Source: Mustelus asterias (lineage: Eukaryota). Taken from it: 64,000 nt of DNA. Positions 47,548-59,885 of the stretch are shown one piece after another. Each line of letters opens with the position of its first letter. Within the stretch, counting starts at the first letter, position 1. The position numbers and the translations under genes are program-made. The stretch is from the NCBI RefSeq assembly GCF_964213995.1, contig NC_135808.1:24428001-24492000 (forward strand), written 5' to 3'. Below the pieces are notes generated by a model. That model ran no database searches. It saw only the letters and a list, made by a program, of their open reading frames with translations, and was not told the DNA's origin.

Positions 47548-47877
47548 CTGTGGATCAGAAACACAAACAGCCAATCAGAGACAGTCCAATGGGTGATCGC
47601 ACCTGCACAGCCAATCAGAACCAGTCTCACTGGGCGATCTCATCCTACCAGCCAATAAACATCAACTACTCTGCCCCCCCCCCCCACACACACACACACA
47701 CAGCCAATCAGAGCCAGTCTCCCTGGAAACAATCCCTCCACACATTCACAGCCAATCACATTTCCTGTCACATCTCCAATCGCAGCCAATCAACCTCTGG
47801 CTCTCGGTTCCTGATCCACTCTGGGTTTCTCCTCATTCCCACCTGGATCCCCGGGTGCTGGGAGAGTGAGCACTCAC

Positions 47878-48138
47878 CTCCTGTCTGGTTGCTGCGGGAC
47901 ATGAGGAGCGGAATATCAGCTTTAAAATACATCTCCTGCTCCTGTGCGAAGATCTTCTTCCGCTCCCAGGCTGCCCGACCCTCGCTCTCCACCATCCACT
48001 GCTCCCTGGGGATCAGCTCCCTCCGATCGCTGTCGTACATCACAAACTGGACACCGTCCACAGAACCGACAACCACAAACTCTGGGAAACCCGGGATCGG
48101 AGTCATTCCCGTGAAGAAATACCGGAGAGAGTGAGAGC
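47878..48138 (-). CDS. MHC class I gene B, exon 2 (alpha1)
   Basis: 261 nt, ttcag|GC...G|GTGAGT; GSHSLRYFFTGMTP...LMSRSNQT. Confidence 0.96.
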
Positions 48139-48269
48139 CTGAAATAGAGAGAGAGAGAATTCAGGATAGACACACTAAAAACACCAACACCCTCACACAC
48201 ACACACACACACACAGAGATCAGGGCATCAACCCCAAAACACTGATTCCAAACCGAGAGCAAGGCCTCC

Positions 48270-48624
48270 ACCCAGTCTGGCATTGCCCCTCTCACACCCC
48301 ATCACTCATTCACCCAGGGTTAATGCCCCAGTACCCAGCCTGGCATTGCCCCTCTCACGCCCCATCACTCACTGACCCAGGGTTAATGCCCCAGTACCCA
48401 GCCTGGCATTGCCCCTCTCACACCCCATCACTCACTGACCCAGGGTTCATGCCCCAGTACCCAGCCTGGCATTGCCCCTCTCACGCCCCATCACTCACTG
48501 ACCCAGGGTTAATGCCCCAGTACCCAGCCTGGCATTGCCCCTCTCACACCCCATCACTCACTGACCCAGGGTTCATGCCCCAGTACCCAGCCTGGCATTG
48601 CCCCTCTCACACCCCATCACTCAC
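48270..48624. repeat. 63-bp tandem repeat (x5 plus partial) at the 5' end of intron 1 of gene B
   Basis: Units start at 48323, 48386, 48449, 48512, 48575; two variants alternate (126-bp higher-order unit). Confidence 0.95.
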
Positions 48625-48673
48625 CTGCAGACACCTCTCCACACAGAAAGACCAGCTCTATCAGTCCAATCAT
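48625..48673 (-). CDS. MHC class I gene B, exon 1 (leader MIGLIELVFLCGEVSA)
   Basis: 49 nt ATG...GCAG|GTGAGT; all seven coding exons sum to 1032 nt with an open frame (343 aa). Confidence 0.92.
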
Positions 48674-48782
48674 TGCTGCTTCCCTCATGTTGGGGCAATC
48701 ATTTGGAGGAAACTCTTTTTCAAAGAAAGGCCATTTTCTCAACTCACTCCTTCGGTCTTTCCCTGTTCACACTGAGCCTCAA

Positions 48783-48853
48783 TCTGATTGGACACAAAAT
48801 AGGATTGAACACATCAGAATAAAGAGATTCAGTGAGTCATCAGTCTCCGGCAG
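48783..48853 (-). promoter_or_regulatory. MHC X1-X2-(Y) module of gene B; Y box degenerate
   Basis: X1/X2 identical to gene A (TGACTCA at 48833-48839); Y position reads CTGATGTG; proximal CCAATCAG intact. Confidence 0.65.
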
Positions 48854-48927
48854 AATAGACACAAACAGTTTGAGAAACTTCCTCAAAATTGAGAATTGTC
48901 CAATCAGCTAAATATAGTTGGTTATCT

Positions 48928-49250
48928 CACGGTGGCACAGTGGTCAGCACTGCTGCCTCACAGCGCCAGGGACCCGGGTTTAATTCCAGCCTTGGGTCAC
49001 TGGCTGTGTGGAGTTTGCACATGCTCCCCGTGTGTACGTTGCTTTCCTCTGGGTGACCCAGTTTCCTCCCACACTCCAAAAATGGGTGGGTTCGGTGAAT
49101 AGGCCATACCAAATTACCCTTTAGTGTCCCAATATGTGTGCATCAGGGGATTAGCCATGGCAAGTACGTGGGGTTACAGTGGTAGGGCCAGGGTGAAGGT
49201 GCTCTGTCTGAGAGTTGGTGCTCACTCTATGGGCTGAATGGACTCCTTCT
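48928..49250 (+). mobile_element. HE1-like SINE inserted upstream of the gene B promoter
   Basis: Head at 48928; paralogy with unit A resumes at ~49254 (matches 10316). Confidence 0.8.
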
Positions 49251-49699
49251 ATGAAGCTGACTTCATCAGTGGCCAGAGTGAATGAGCTGAAAGGAGTTTG
49301 ATAAAGGGACAGAGGGAAGGACATTTGAGCTAACCATTCAATTAGATCACCGCAGATCTGAACTCCAGTTTTTGACAATAACCCATATCCTTAGATATCA
49401 TTACCCAATAAAAATCTATCACTCTGACATTTTAAAGCTCCAATTGTTCACAATTTTTGGTGGAGAGACTGGATGTGGATTCCAGACTACTGAATCATTT
49501 TAACATTATAAAAAGATCTCTCCTCAAAATTCTAAACTCTCTGGAATAAGAAACAAGTTTATACCACCCTTCAAACTTTATCCTTTAGTTTAAAAACCCT
49601 ATCCTCGAAAGTGCATATCCACACAGAGATCCTTTATTGTCCATTGTCAGTGTTGTGGAGTTGGGGGTAATATTTTTGCATGAATAGAGGATTGGTTAA

Positions 49700-51110
49700 T
49701 AAGAACATGAGAACAAGGAACAGGAATAGGCCATCTGGTCCCTCGAGCCTGCTCCGCAATTCAATAAGATCATGGCTGCTCTTTTTGTAGACTCAGCTCC
49801 AGTTACTCACCTGCTCACCGCAACTCTTTGACAAAGGGCTTTGACAAAGGTCATCTGGACTCAAAACATCAACTCTCTTTTCTCTCCTTACAGATGCTGC
49901 CAGACCTACTGAGATTTTCCAGTGTTTTCTCTTTTGGCACTATAACCCTTAATTCCTTTACTGTTCAAAAATGTATCTATCCTTGCCTTAAAAATATTCA
50001 TTGAGGTAGCTTCAACTGCTTCACTTGGCAGGGAATTCCACAGATTCACAACCATTTGGGTGAAGAAGTTCCTCCTCAACTCAGTCCTAAATCTGCTCCA
50101 TCCTATTTTGAGGCCATTCACCCCCACTCTTTGTTTTCTGTTAGTTTACCAATCCTCTATCCATGCTAATACATTATCCATTACACCGTGCACCTTTATC
50201 TTATGCAGCAGCATTTGGTGCGGCACCCTGTCAAATGCCTTCTGGAAATCAAGATCCACCACATCCACAGGTTCCCCATTGTCCACTGCGCATGTACTGT
50301 CCTCAAAGAATTCCACCAAATTAGTTAAACATGACCTGCCCTTCATGAACTCATGCTGCATCTACCCAATGGGGTAATTTACATCCAGATGTCAAATAGA
50401 CAAGAAACATTGATTTGGCATAAATGGGCCATTTTCAAGTTGGCCGGCTCTGGCTCGTGGAGTGTCACTAGGGTCAGTGCTCGGACAATCAGCCATTTAC
50501 AATCTACATTCATGACTCAGACCAAGAAGACGGGTGTAGTGTATCTAAACTTGCAGCAGCTGCAAAGCTAGCTGGAAATGAGGAAGGATTAAGTTGGTTA
50601 GGATTGTATTCATTGGAGTCTAGAAGAATGAGGAGGATTGCACAGAAACCTATAAAATTCAAAGAGGCCTCTACAAGGTAGATCCAGGAAGGATGTTCCC
50701 AATGATGGGGGAGTCCAGAACCAGGGGTCGTGGTCTGAGGATACAAGGTAAACCATTGAGGACTGAGATGAGGAGAAATTTCTTCACCCAGAGTGGTAAG
50801 CCGATGGAATTCACTATTGCAGGAAGCAGTTGGGGACAAAACATTGTATATTTTCAAGAAGCAGTTAGATATCGCATTTGGGGTGAAGGGGATCAAAGGA
50901 TATGTGGGAAGGCTGGATTGAGTTGGAAAATCAGCCGTGATCATAATGAATGGCAGAGCAGGTTTGATGGGCTGAATGGCCTATTCCTGTTCCTATTTTC
51001 TGAGTTTCTATGAAATGCAAACTGTGTGAAGGAATAGAGAGCTGCAAAGAGATTTGGACAAGTTAAGCGAATGGGCTGCAAGGTGGCAGATGGAGTGTAA
51101 CGTGGGTCAG
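49700..51110. mobile_element. Scrambled CR1 fragments in both orientations
   Basis: RSCLTNLVEFF, DFQKAFDRVPH, RNFFTQ fragments and CR1 tails. Confidence 0.75.
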
Positions 51111-53235
51111 TGTGGGGTTACACTGTGTCTCCTGCCAGCACAATATGGCCTTCTGCGCATTCACACTGGTCCATACAGACATCACTCTGATTAACCCAGC
51201 CTGCCAGAAGGCCTTTAAATTGAAGTATGTCCATCCTTCAGTAACAGCATCCCACTTTGTTATACTGTACAAGGGAGTAATAAAGAGAGGGCAGAGTGAG
51301 AGACAGAGTCAGAGTAAGTTGTGGCTGTGAGACACAGGTTGTAAAATAAAGTATTGGTTCCAGGAAACCTTGCAAAGTCTGTTTTTTACTTTAAAATGTT
51401 CTGTCAAAGAGACAGAAGATGCAATCTCACCTCTTGGTGATATTGGAGACAAGCACAGTATCAATCTAAAGTAAAGTTAAAGTTTATTTATTAGTCACAA
51501 GTAGGCTTACATTCACACTGCAATGAAGTTACTGTGAAAATTTCCCAGATTCCACACTCCGGCGCGTGTTCGGGTACACTGAGAGAGAATTCAGCATGGC
51601 CAATGCTGTAGGAGGAAACCAGAGCACCCAGAGGAAACCCACACAGACACAGGGAGAACGTGCAAACTCCACACAGACAGTGACCCAATCCGGGAATCAA
51701 ACCCAGGTCCCTGGCACTGTGAGGCAGCAGTGCGAGCCACTGTGCCTCGTTCCACCCTAATTTCACACTCAACCTCTCTGACCTATTGTAATCTCTGCAG
51801 GTTTCAGACAGAAATGCTTTTTGAAATGAATGATTTTGTGTTCGGGTATTTCTGAGACCAGGGCACATTTATTTACTTATTAATTCAGATGTAATGAAGT
51901 GAGACAGTTTTATCTGTGGGCCCAGTGAATGCACATTGCACAACGCTTCTATGTTTGAGGGGAAATGTTGCTTCCTATTTCACATGGTTAGAAATCACTA
52001 GAACTGCTCGTATGTGGCAGAGAACAGAGTTGCTGGAGGGGGGGTGTCGGGGGGGGAGTGGGGTTGGGGGGGTGGTGCTATTCAACTTTGCTAGCACGGA
52101 TCGAAAAGTAGAACACTTATTAAAAATTAGAGACCTGTGTGTACTCCACAAGGAACAGACAAATTCTTCCAGGTCGAATCATAGAATCTCTGCAGTGCAG
52201 AAAGAGGTCATTCAGCCCATCGATTCTCCAACAGAGCATCTTACCCAGTCCCTATACCCGTAACCTCACATATTTACAGGGCTAATTCCCCGAACCAATA
52301 CATCTTGGGACACTGAGGGGCAATTTAGCATGGCCAATCCTAACCAGTGGGAGGAAACTGGATCACCCAGACGAAACCCACACGGACATGGGGAGGACGT
52401 GCAAACTCCACCCAGGCAGTCACCCTAGGCTAGAATTGAACCCTGGTCCCTGGCACTGTGGGGGGCAGCAATGCTAACCACTGTGCCAAAGTGCCCACCC
52501 TTCAATATGCAATCAGGAAAGCAAATGGTACCTTGATGTTGCAAAGGGATTGGAGAACAGAAAAAAGAATTCTTGTCACAAATGTAAAGACTTTTGCTAA
52601 CACCACACCTGCAATTCTGTGCAGATGTTTTCCAGGCAGATGTACAGAGTACGTTTCCTTCTCCGAATCTTGGAGCGATCGGGATTTTCAAATGAGGAAA
52701 AGTTGAGCAGGTTGGGATTTATTCATTGGAGTTTAGAAAAATGAGAGGTAATCTCACTGAAACATTAGATTCTGATAGGGATTGATAAGGTAGATACTGA
52801 AAGATTCTTTCTGTTAGTGAGCAATAAAACATGAGGGCACAGCCTCAGGATAAGAGGTGAATCATTTAAGATGAGGAAAATTTTCTTCACTGAAAGGATT
52901 GTGAATCTTTGGGATTCTCTACCCCAGGGAATTGTGGATGCATCATTACTGAACATATTGAAAGACAGACAGATTTGTGGTGTCTCAGCGAATGGAGGTG
53001 TACAGAGAGTAGGAGTGAAAATGGAGATGAGGTAGAAAATCAGCTCTGATTGTGTTGAATGATGGAACAGGCGCAAGCGGATGAAGGGATTATTCCTTCT
53101 GTTATCTCTCATGTTCTTTCCTGACTGAGGATTAATATCTAACCCTGGCACTTCCAACTCACAACTCATCACCCACAGAAATCACTGCACACAGAGGGAC
53201 CAGCACTATCAGCACCTCTGTGATGTTGTCCCTCA

Positions 53236-53410
53236 TTGTGTGAGCTGTGTCCTGTATTGATACTGTCTCTCAGTCTGTGAGCTGTGTCCTGTATTAATAC
53301 TGTCCCTCTCAGTGTGTGAGCTGTGTCCTGTACTGATACTGTCCCTCTCAGTATGTGAGCTGTGTCCTGTACTGATCCTGTCCCTCTCAGTGTGTGAGCT
53401 CTGTGCTGTA
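53236..53410. repeat. Minisatellite, ~40 bp (gtgagctgtgtcctgtactgatactgtccctctcagtgt) x4-5
   Basis: Tandem units; single partial copy at the paralogous site ~17547. Confidence 0.9.
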
Positions 53411-53889
53411 CTTGATTTGAAAAAGGTAATAGGTGATAAGGCAGAGTTAAATTGAAAGGTAAAATGGTGCACAAAGAAACAGTATTTGGAGATTCGATGC
53501 TTGGATCAGAGTAGGGAAATTTGAATGTTTGGGAGAAAGTCGAAAGGAAGAAACAAATAGTGAGAGATCACGGAGATGTGAGACCAAAGATTAGATTATT
53601 GAATCAGGATGAAGAAATGGATCTCGCTGCTTTTCAGAAATGGGCCGTTGATGTCTGGTTGGTGGAATATCAGAAGCAGGTTAGAAAAAAGAAATTAAAC
53701 ACTGTCGCTGCAAGAGTGGGTCAGAGGTTGGGAATTTGGTGGAGAGTAACTCAGCTCCTCGGCAAAAGTGCTATTTAGGAAGTCGGTGCAGACTCGATGG
53801 GCCGAATGGCCTCCTTCTGCACGACAAGGATTCTATGGTTGAGTTTATTCAGACAACAACTGAAGAGAGGGAGAGGGGAGGGGGAGATT

Positions 53890-55280
53890 GTTGATGTTCT
53901 GTGAATTCCGTGTTGAAGTTGGAAGATTCTGGGTGAAGTGAGGCAGTTTGATGCTGTTGTCCGGATTGTAACCGCGGGGAGACAGACCTGGGGCAATGCC
54001 ATTGAGATGATGGAAAATGAGCTGCGGGATTGACTGTTGTCGGAAAGAGAGAAAGTTAAAATAAGTTTCAAATCGAAACAGTGACTGAAGCGGATCCTCG
54101 GCTTCCGGGTGGGAGAAATTAAACAGGAAAATTCCAGTGAAATAGAAATTAGAGTGAGTGAAAGGAAATTCAGCTTGTGTCCCCAGAATTGAGAAAATAA
54201 AACAAGTTACACTTTTTAGGTTGAGAAAGTTTATAAGTTTTGGAATTGAAACACACTCTGTTGGAAACTCCGCCCTCTGTTGTTTCAATGTAACAATCTT
54301 CAATGTTTCCTTTTTTGTTATTTGTGAAACGCGGTTTTCCCTTAATTTCAACAACAGACATTAGTGAAGTGAGAAGATGTGATGGAATTTATTTTATCCC
54401 CTTTTAAAAGGCACGTGCTACATTTGTCAGGTTGAAAAGATCCAGAGTGAAACTTGAAGTGCTGTGAGAAAGAATTGTGTGGACAGATGTGTGTGTGTAA
54501 ACTCCCTGTTGGTGAATGAGGAAAGGCTGTGTGAATGCTCTGTGTTGCTGTTCCTTCAGACCGGCTCCAACTCTGATGTGTTTTCCTGAAAGTGGTGAGG
54601 TCTAAAGGGGAAATAACAGTTAAAAGTTTTGAAACTGGAAACTTGTTGCCGCTCCAATGAAACTCTATTGAAGCTGGTGAAGCATGTGGGATTTCTAATC
54701 CAGATACAAATTCACATCTGTCAGAGTGGAGTCGTTTCTTAAATTTTGGCGGTGTAATTTCGAATTGAGGAGCGGAATTTAAGGTGATTGTTGGTGGATT
54801 ATCCTTGTGTTTAAAATCTCCATAAAACTCACCCTGGGGAACAATCGGGACTTTATCTTCTGATCTATTTTGCTCCAAGGTTTTTATTCGGAAATATCCA
54901 GTTTGAAATGGTGAATCCACAAGACTTGAAGAAATATCTTTGTTCTGCTGAAACCGCCATTCCTCTGAGAACATTGTAACCCAGTCTCTTTTTGAAATCA
55001 CAGTGACAGTGAATTCCTTCACCAAACGTGTTCTAATTTAGAATTAACCCATTCAGCTCCGAGCAGGATGAGCCTTTTCTGTTTTATCAACTCACACACA
55101 TCCGCACAGGTAACAATTGTGTCCAATACTGCAAAGTGGAACAATATTTCCAACAGTGACAAGAATTGGAAACTTAGCTGCAGATACGAATTTGTACAAA
55201 GACTTTGATATTTCAAAGATACTTGTCATTTGCCAAGACAGAGTGCTTGGGAATGGGAGATCTTGACTTGAGCACACTAT
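53890..55280 (-). pseudogene. Decayed LRR-protein (TLR-ectodomain-like) pseudogene, copy B
   Basis: Chained ORFs 55216-55019, 55025-54348, 54354-53845 and 54071-53775 with SLHTHICPHNSFS, LLKGDKINSITSSHFTN, LKLRENRVSQIT, FLNLKSVT, FSLSDNS. Confidence 0.45.
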
Positions 55281-56302
55281 CCAATGGAGTTTTTGTTTAA
55301 GTATTTTATCAGTGTCACAAGTCGGCTTACATTAACACTGCAATTAAGTTACTGTGAAAATCCCCTAGTCGCCACACACAGGCACCTGTTGCTGAGGGAG
55401 AATTTAGCATGGTCAATGCACCTCACCAGCACATCTTTTGGACTGCGGGAGGAAACCCACACAGACACGGGCAGAATGTGTCTCAACCTCTTATATACCT
55501 CTATTAGGTCTCCTCTCATCCTAAATCTCCTCTTCACCCACACAGGCAGTGACCCAAGCCGGGAATCGAACCTGGGTCCTTGGTGCTGCCCCATTGCACT
55601 CACTGAAAGAAACATGAAAAAAGGGCAGAAGAAATTGGAATTCACAAATTCATCACGTGAATTAATATTTTAAAATGCTTGAGGAGAAATTTGCTGGGAT
55701 TTAAAATACACTTTCGCTCCTTTCTATGAATGTTCAGAAGTAAACTATACATGGGGCTTTCTCAATTTGAGATGATTTGAAAAATGTATCATTTAATCTT
55801 CTGCTGAAGTAATGAGATGTCACCGAAGATAAGGAGCAAACATGTTAGTGCCAGAAATCTAATTCAATGTCAAAAAATTATATTTGACTGTCAATATTAT
55901 CCAGGGCTCCCAGTTGAGATAGGATGGAAAATAATGGGATGTTTGTCCGAGGAGAGTGATTGAGAGAGAGATGTCGTGTTAGGAAACATACACACTGCAC
56001 ACATATTAGCATCATCATGGGTTTAATCTGGTATTGAGATATATTTTACAGAAAGGAAAATAGTTTAGACTGGTAATTTGCTGACTTACTCTTGGTGATC
56101 TTTGTGCCCTTGTATAGAGCAAGGTTTCTAACCAGCTCATAAGATTTTTAGACAGAATGCGTTCTCTCAAAAGACAGAACACTAGTAAAGAGTTAAATGA
56201 TTCTTACAACAAGCTGACAAGAATCGTTCACACATATGTAAATGCAGGATCAGAATCAAACAAGTAGTTATGATTTAAAAACATATATATTGATATTTTA
56301 GT

Positions 56303-58075
56303 CATATAGAAACATAGAAACACAGAAAATCTACAGCATGAAACAGGCCCTTCGGCCCCACAAGTTGTGCCGAACATATCCCTACCTTTTAGGCCTACCT
56401 ATAACCCTCCATCCTATTAAGTCCCATGGACTCATCCAGGAGTCTCTTAAAAGACCCTATTGAGTTTGCCTCCACCACCACTGACGGCAGCTGATTCCAC
56501 TCGCCCACCACCCTCTGTGTGAAAAGCCCTAACATTTCCCCTGTACCTACCCTCCAGCACCTTAAACCTGTGTCCTCTCGTAGCAGCCATTTCCACCCTG
56601 GGAAAAAGCCTCTGAGAGTCCACCCGATCTATGCCTCTCAACCTCTTATATACCTCTATTAGGTCTCCTCTCATCCTACGTCTCTCCAAGGAGAAAAGAC
56701 CGAGCTCCCTCAGCCTATCCTCATAAGGCATGCCACTCAATCCAGACAACATTGTTGTAAATCTCCTCTCCACCCTTTCAATCTTTTCCACATCCTTCCT
56801 GTAATGAGGCAACCAGAACTGAGCACAGTACTCCAAGTGGGGTCTGACGAGGGTCTTATATAGCTGCATCATTATCCCCGGACTCCTAAACTCAATCCAT
56901 CAATTGATAAAGGCCAGCACACCATATGCCTTCTTGACCACCTCCTCCACCTGCGGGGCCAATTTTAGAGTCCTATGGACTCGGACCCCAACGTCCTTCT
57001 GATCCTCTACCGTACTAAGAGTCTTTCCCTTTATATTGTACTCCTTCATCCCATTCGACCTGCCAAAATGGACCACTACGCATTTATCTGGGTTGAAGTC
57101 CATCTGCCACTTCTCCACCCAGTCTTGCATCCTATCTATGTCCCTCTGTAACTTCTGACATCCCTCCAGACTATCCACAACCCCATCAACCTTCGTGTCG
57201 TCGGCAAACTTACCAACCCATCCCTCCACTTCCTCATCCAGGTCATTTATAAAAATGACAAACGGCAAGGGTCCCAGAACAGATCCCTGGGGCACACCAC
57301 TGGTGACTGACCTCCAATTAGAAAAAGACCCATCGATACACACTCTCTGCCTCCTTGGGGCAAGCCAGTTCTGGATCCACAGGGCAGCAGCCCCTTGGAT
57401 CCCATGCCCTCTCACTTTTTCGAGAAGCCTTGCATGGGGGACCTTATCGAACGCCTTGCTAAAATCCATATAAACCACATCAACCGCTTTCCCTTCGTCA
57501 ATGTGTTTAGTCGCATTTTCGAAGAACTCCACCAGGCTCGGAAGAAACGATCTGCCTTTGACAAAGCCATCTGAGTATTCTTGAGCATACTAAACCTCTC
57601 TAAATGCTCATAAATCCTGTCCCTCAGGATCTTCTCCATCAGCTTACCAACCACTGAGGTTAGACTCACCGGTCGGTAATTTCCTGGACTATCCCTATTC
57701 CCCTTCTTGAAAATAGGAACCACATCCGCAATCCTCCAATCCTCCGATACCGCTCCCGTCTCCATCGACGACACAAAGATCATCGCCAGAGGCTCTGCAA
57801 TCTCTTCCCTCGCCTCCCACAGTAACCTGGGGTGCATCCCATCCAGACCCGACGACTTATCTATCTTGATGCCATTCAAAGATTTCAGCACAACCTCTTT
57901 GTTGAAGTCCACATACTCAATCTTTTCAGTCCACCGCAGGCCCACAGTACATCCACCCATGTCCTTCTCCTCTGTGAAAACCGAGGCAAAATACTCATTA
58001 AGCACCTCTGCCATTTCTACTGGTTCCGTACTGATTTTCCCGCCTTCTCCTTTTATAGGCCCTATTCCTTTATCT
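56303..58075 (-). mobile_element. 5'-truncated CR1/HER1 LINE
   Basis: NYRPVSLTS, DFSKAFD, GVPQGSVLGP, FADD, frameshifted; (tttctatg)n tail. Confidence 0.93.
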
Positions 58076-59588
58076 TAAATGTATTATTCACATCAGCCAA
58101 AGCGAGCTCCCGCAAGTTATGATGGTAAAGGCGAATATTTTAAAACCAAAGGCCTGGGAACCTAATTATTAGAAAAATTCATATCAGAAAGTTTCATAAC
58201 TCAAACAATGTTATGAATAAGGTTCAGTCACTGTCCACACAGAATAGATATGTTCCTGGACATGGGATCACATGTCTAGCAATCTTGGCAGTGAGCTGGT
58301 GGGAACATCCACTTTGACCTCTGCAGTAGTGTCTATCGTAACCTGGCAACAGTGAAGTAGCTTCAGCCAAGAAGAGAGTTAGCGTCCGGATTTAATGGAT
58401 GAATGAGATACCATTATTCTGGAAGGCACAATGCAGTTGGCTGAGGGACTTGACAGAGATTTATATTGATGTGCATACACAATGTAATTGATTTTAATGT
58501 CAGGTGGGAATGATTGATAAGAAAAAACTATAATTGATCTGTTTTTGATTGTATATGCCAGATCTATTGAAGAGGTTTTGTCACTCTGCAACAGAGCTAC
58601 TTAATCCTTTGGTGGTCTCCAGGCAGCTGCTTGTTTTTCTTTTAAATAAATGTTATGTCTTTATACAGAGATATCTGCCTCGTGAGTTTTGTATTGTCTA
58701 TAGTTTAAGATTGCACCGGTCATCTTGAAATACCCCACAACACCTTGTCCATGATAGTTTAGAATAAAATAACAATTGATAGACTGGTCATTATGAAAGG
58801 CCATGGGACCATGCAGTGGGGTGTAAGCAAAGACCCCACAACAGGACCCCTGTCTCCCCTTCCCTGCCACTCCCCCCCTCCCCATTGCCCAGAAATAATG
58901 TTAGGATCTGAATGCGAGTGTGATTGGATGAGTGTCATTCTGTTACATGTGAAGTAGGAACTATATGATCAGTGAGGAGAAGCTTCAGTCTGAGTGAGAC
59001 AGAGACCAAAGGAGTAAATTTGGGAATGTGGTTCCAAGTGGAAATTAACTCGGAAATCTTTTGCACGTTCAGTTTTCGAGTAAAGGCCAAATTCTGACCT
59101 AAAACCAGCAGCCTTCAAGTAAGTTAAATAGCCTAGCTGCCCCGGGCTGTCTGTCGGTGTGTATCTTCTGTGGAAACTATTGTTGGAAGGTGAAAACAGA
59201 AGTAAAAGTCAGCAAGCACACCCACAGTACCCCTGCATTGGCCATTTTACAGGTATATCTCAAATCTCTCTCTCTCCCTGACTGTGGAATTCAGGCAAGT
59301 CAGCAAGGAATGCACCTGAAAAGAAAACTGGGAAGCTTCACCACCAAACTACAGAACACTGGATTCACAAAACCGACTCTTCACCTGCTGAAGCCAACTC
59401 CACTGGGAGCTTGAATCGCAACGGCTGCACCACTCAATCAGACTCAATTCACAGCTTTTGCTTCTCAGGCCACACCGCTACTCTGAACAGGCGGCACAGG
59501 GACACATCCACAGGCCGCACTGGACACAGCATCTTATTTGGCCAAATCGAGAGAGATCTACCCAGCAGACACCCCATCTCCTGGGTCT

Positions 59589-59885
59589 GGGCAGCACAGT
59601 GGTTAGCACTGCTGCCTCACAGCACCAGGGACCTGGGTTCAATTCCCGGCTTGAGCAACTGTCTGTGCCGAGTCTGCACGTTCTCCACGTGTCTGCGTGG
59701 GTTTTCTCCGGATGCTCTGGTTTCCTCCCACATTCCAAAAGTTGTGCTGTTTAGGTGCACTGGAAATGCTAAATTCTCCCTCAGTGTAACTGAACAGGCG
59801 CCAGAGGATTTTCACAGTAAACCTCATTGCAACGTCAACGTAAGTCTACTTGTGACACTAATAAATAAACTGGAAACTTTAACTT
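59589..59885 (+). mobile_element. HE1-like SINE (AATAAATAAAC tail type)
   Basis: Head, central domain and tail. Confidence 0.8.

Noticed and set aside
40684-48673. Assigning the classical UAA symbol to gene B or gene A
   Set aside because: Peptide-anchoring residues are substituted and no TAP/PSMB linkage is visible; lineage needs a phylogeny
48323-48775. 150-aa repeat ORF (MPQYPAWHCPSH..)
   Set aside because: Arises from the 63-bp repeat and the antisense of exon 1 and the promoter
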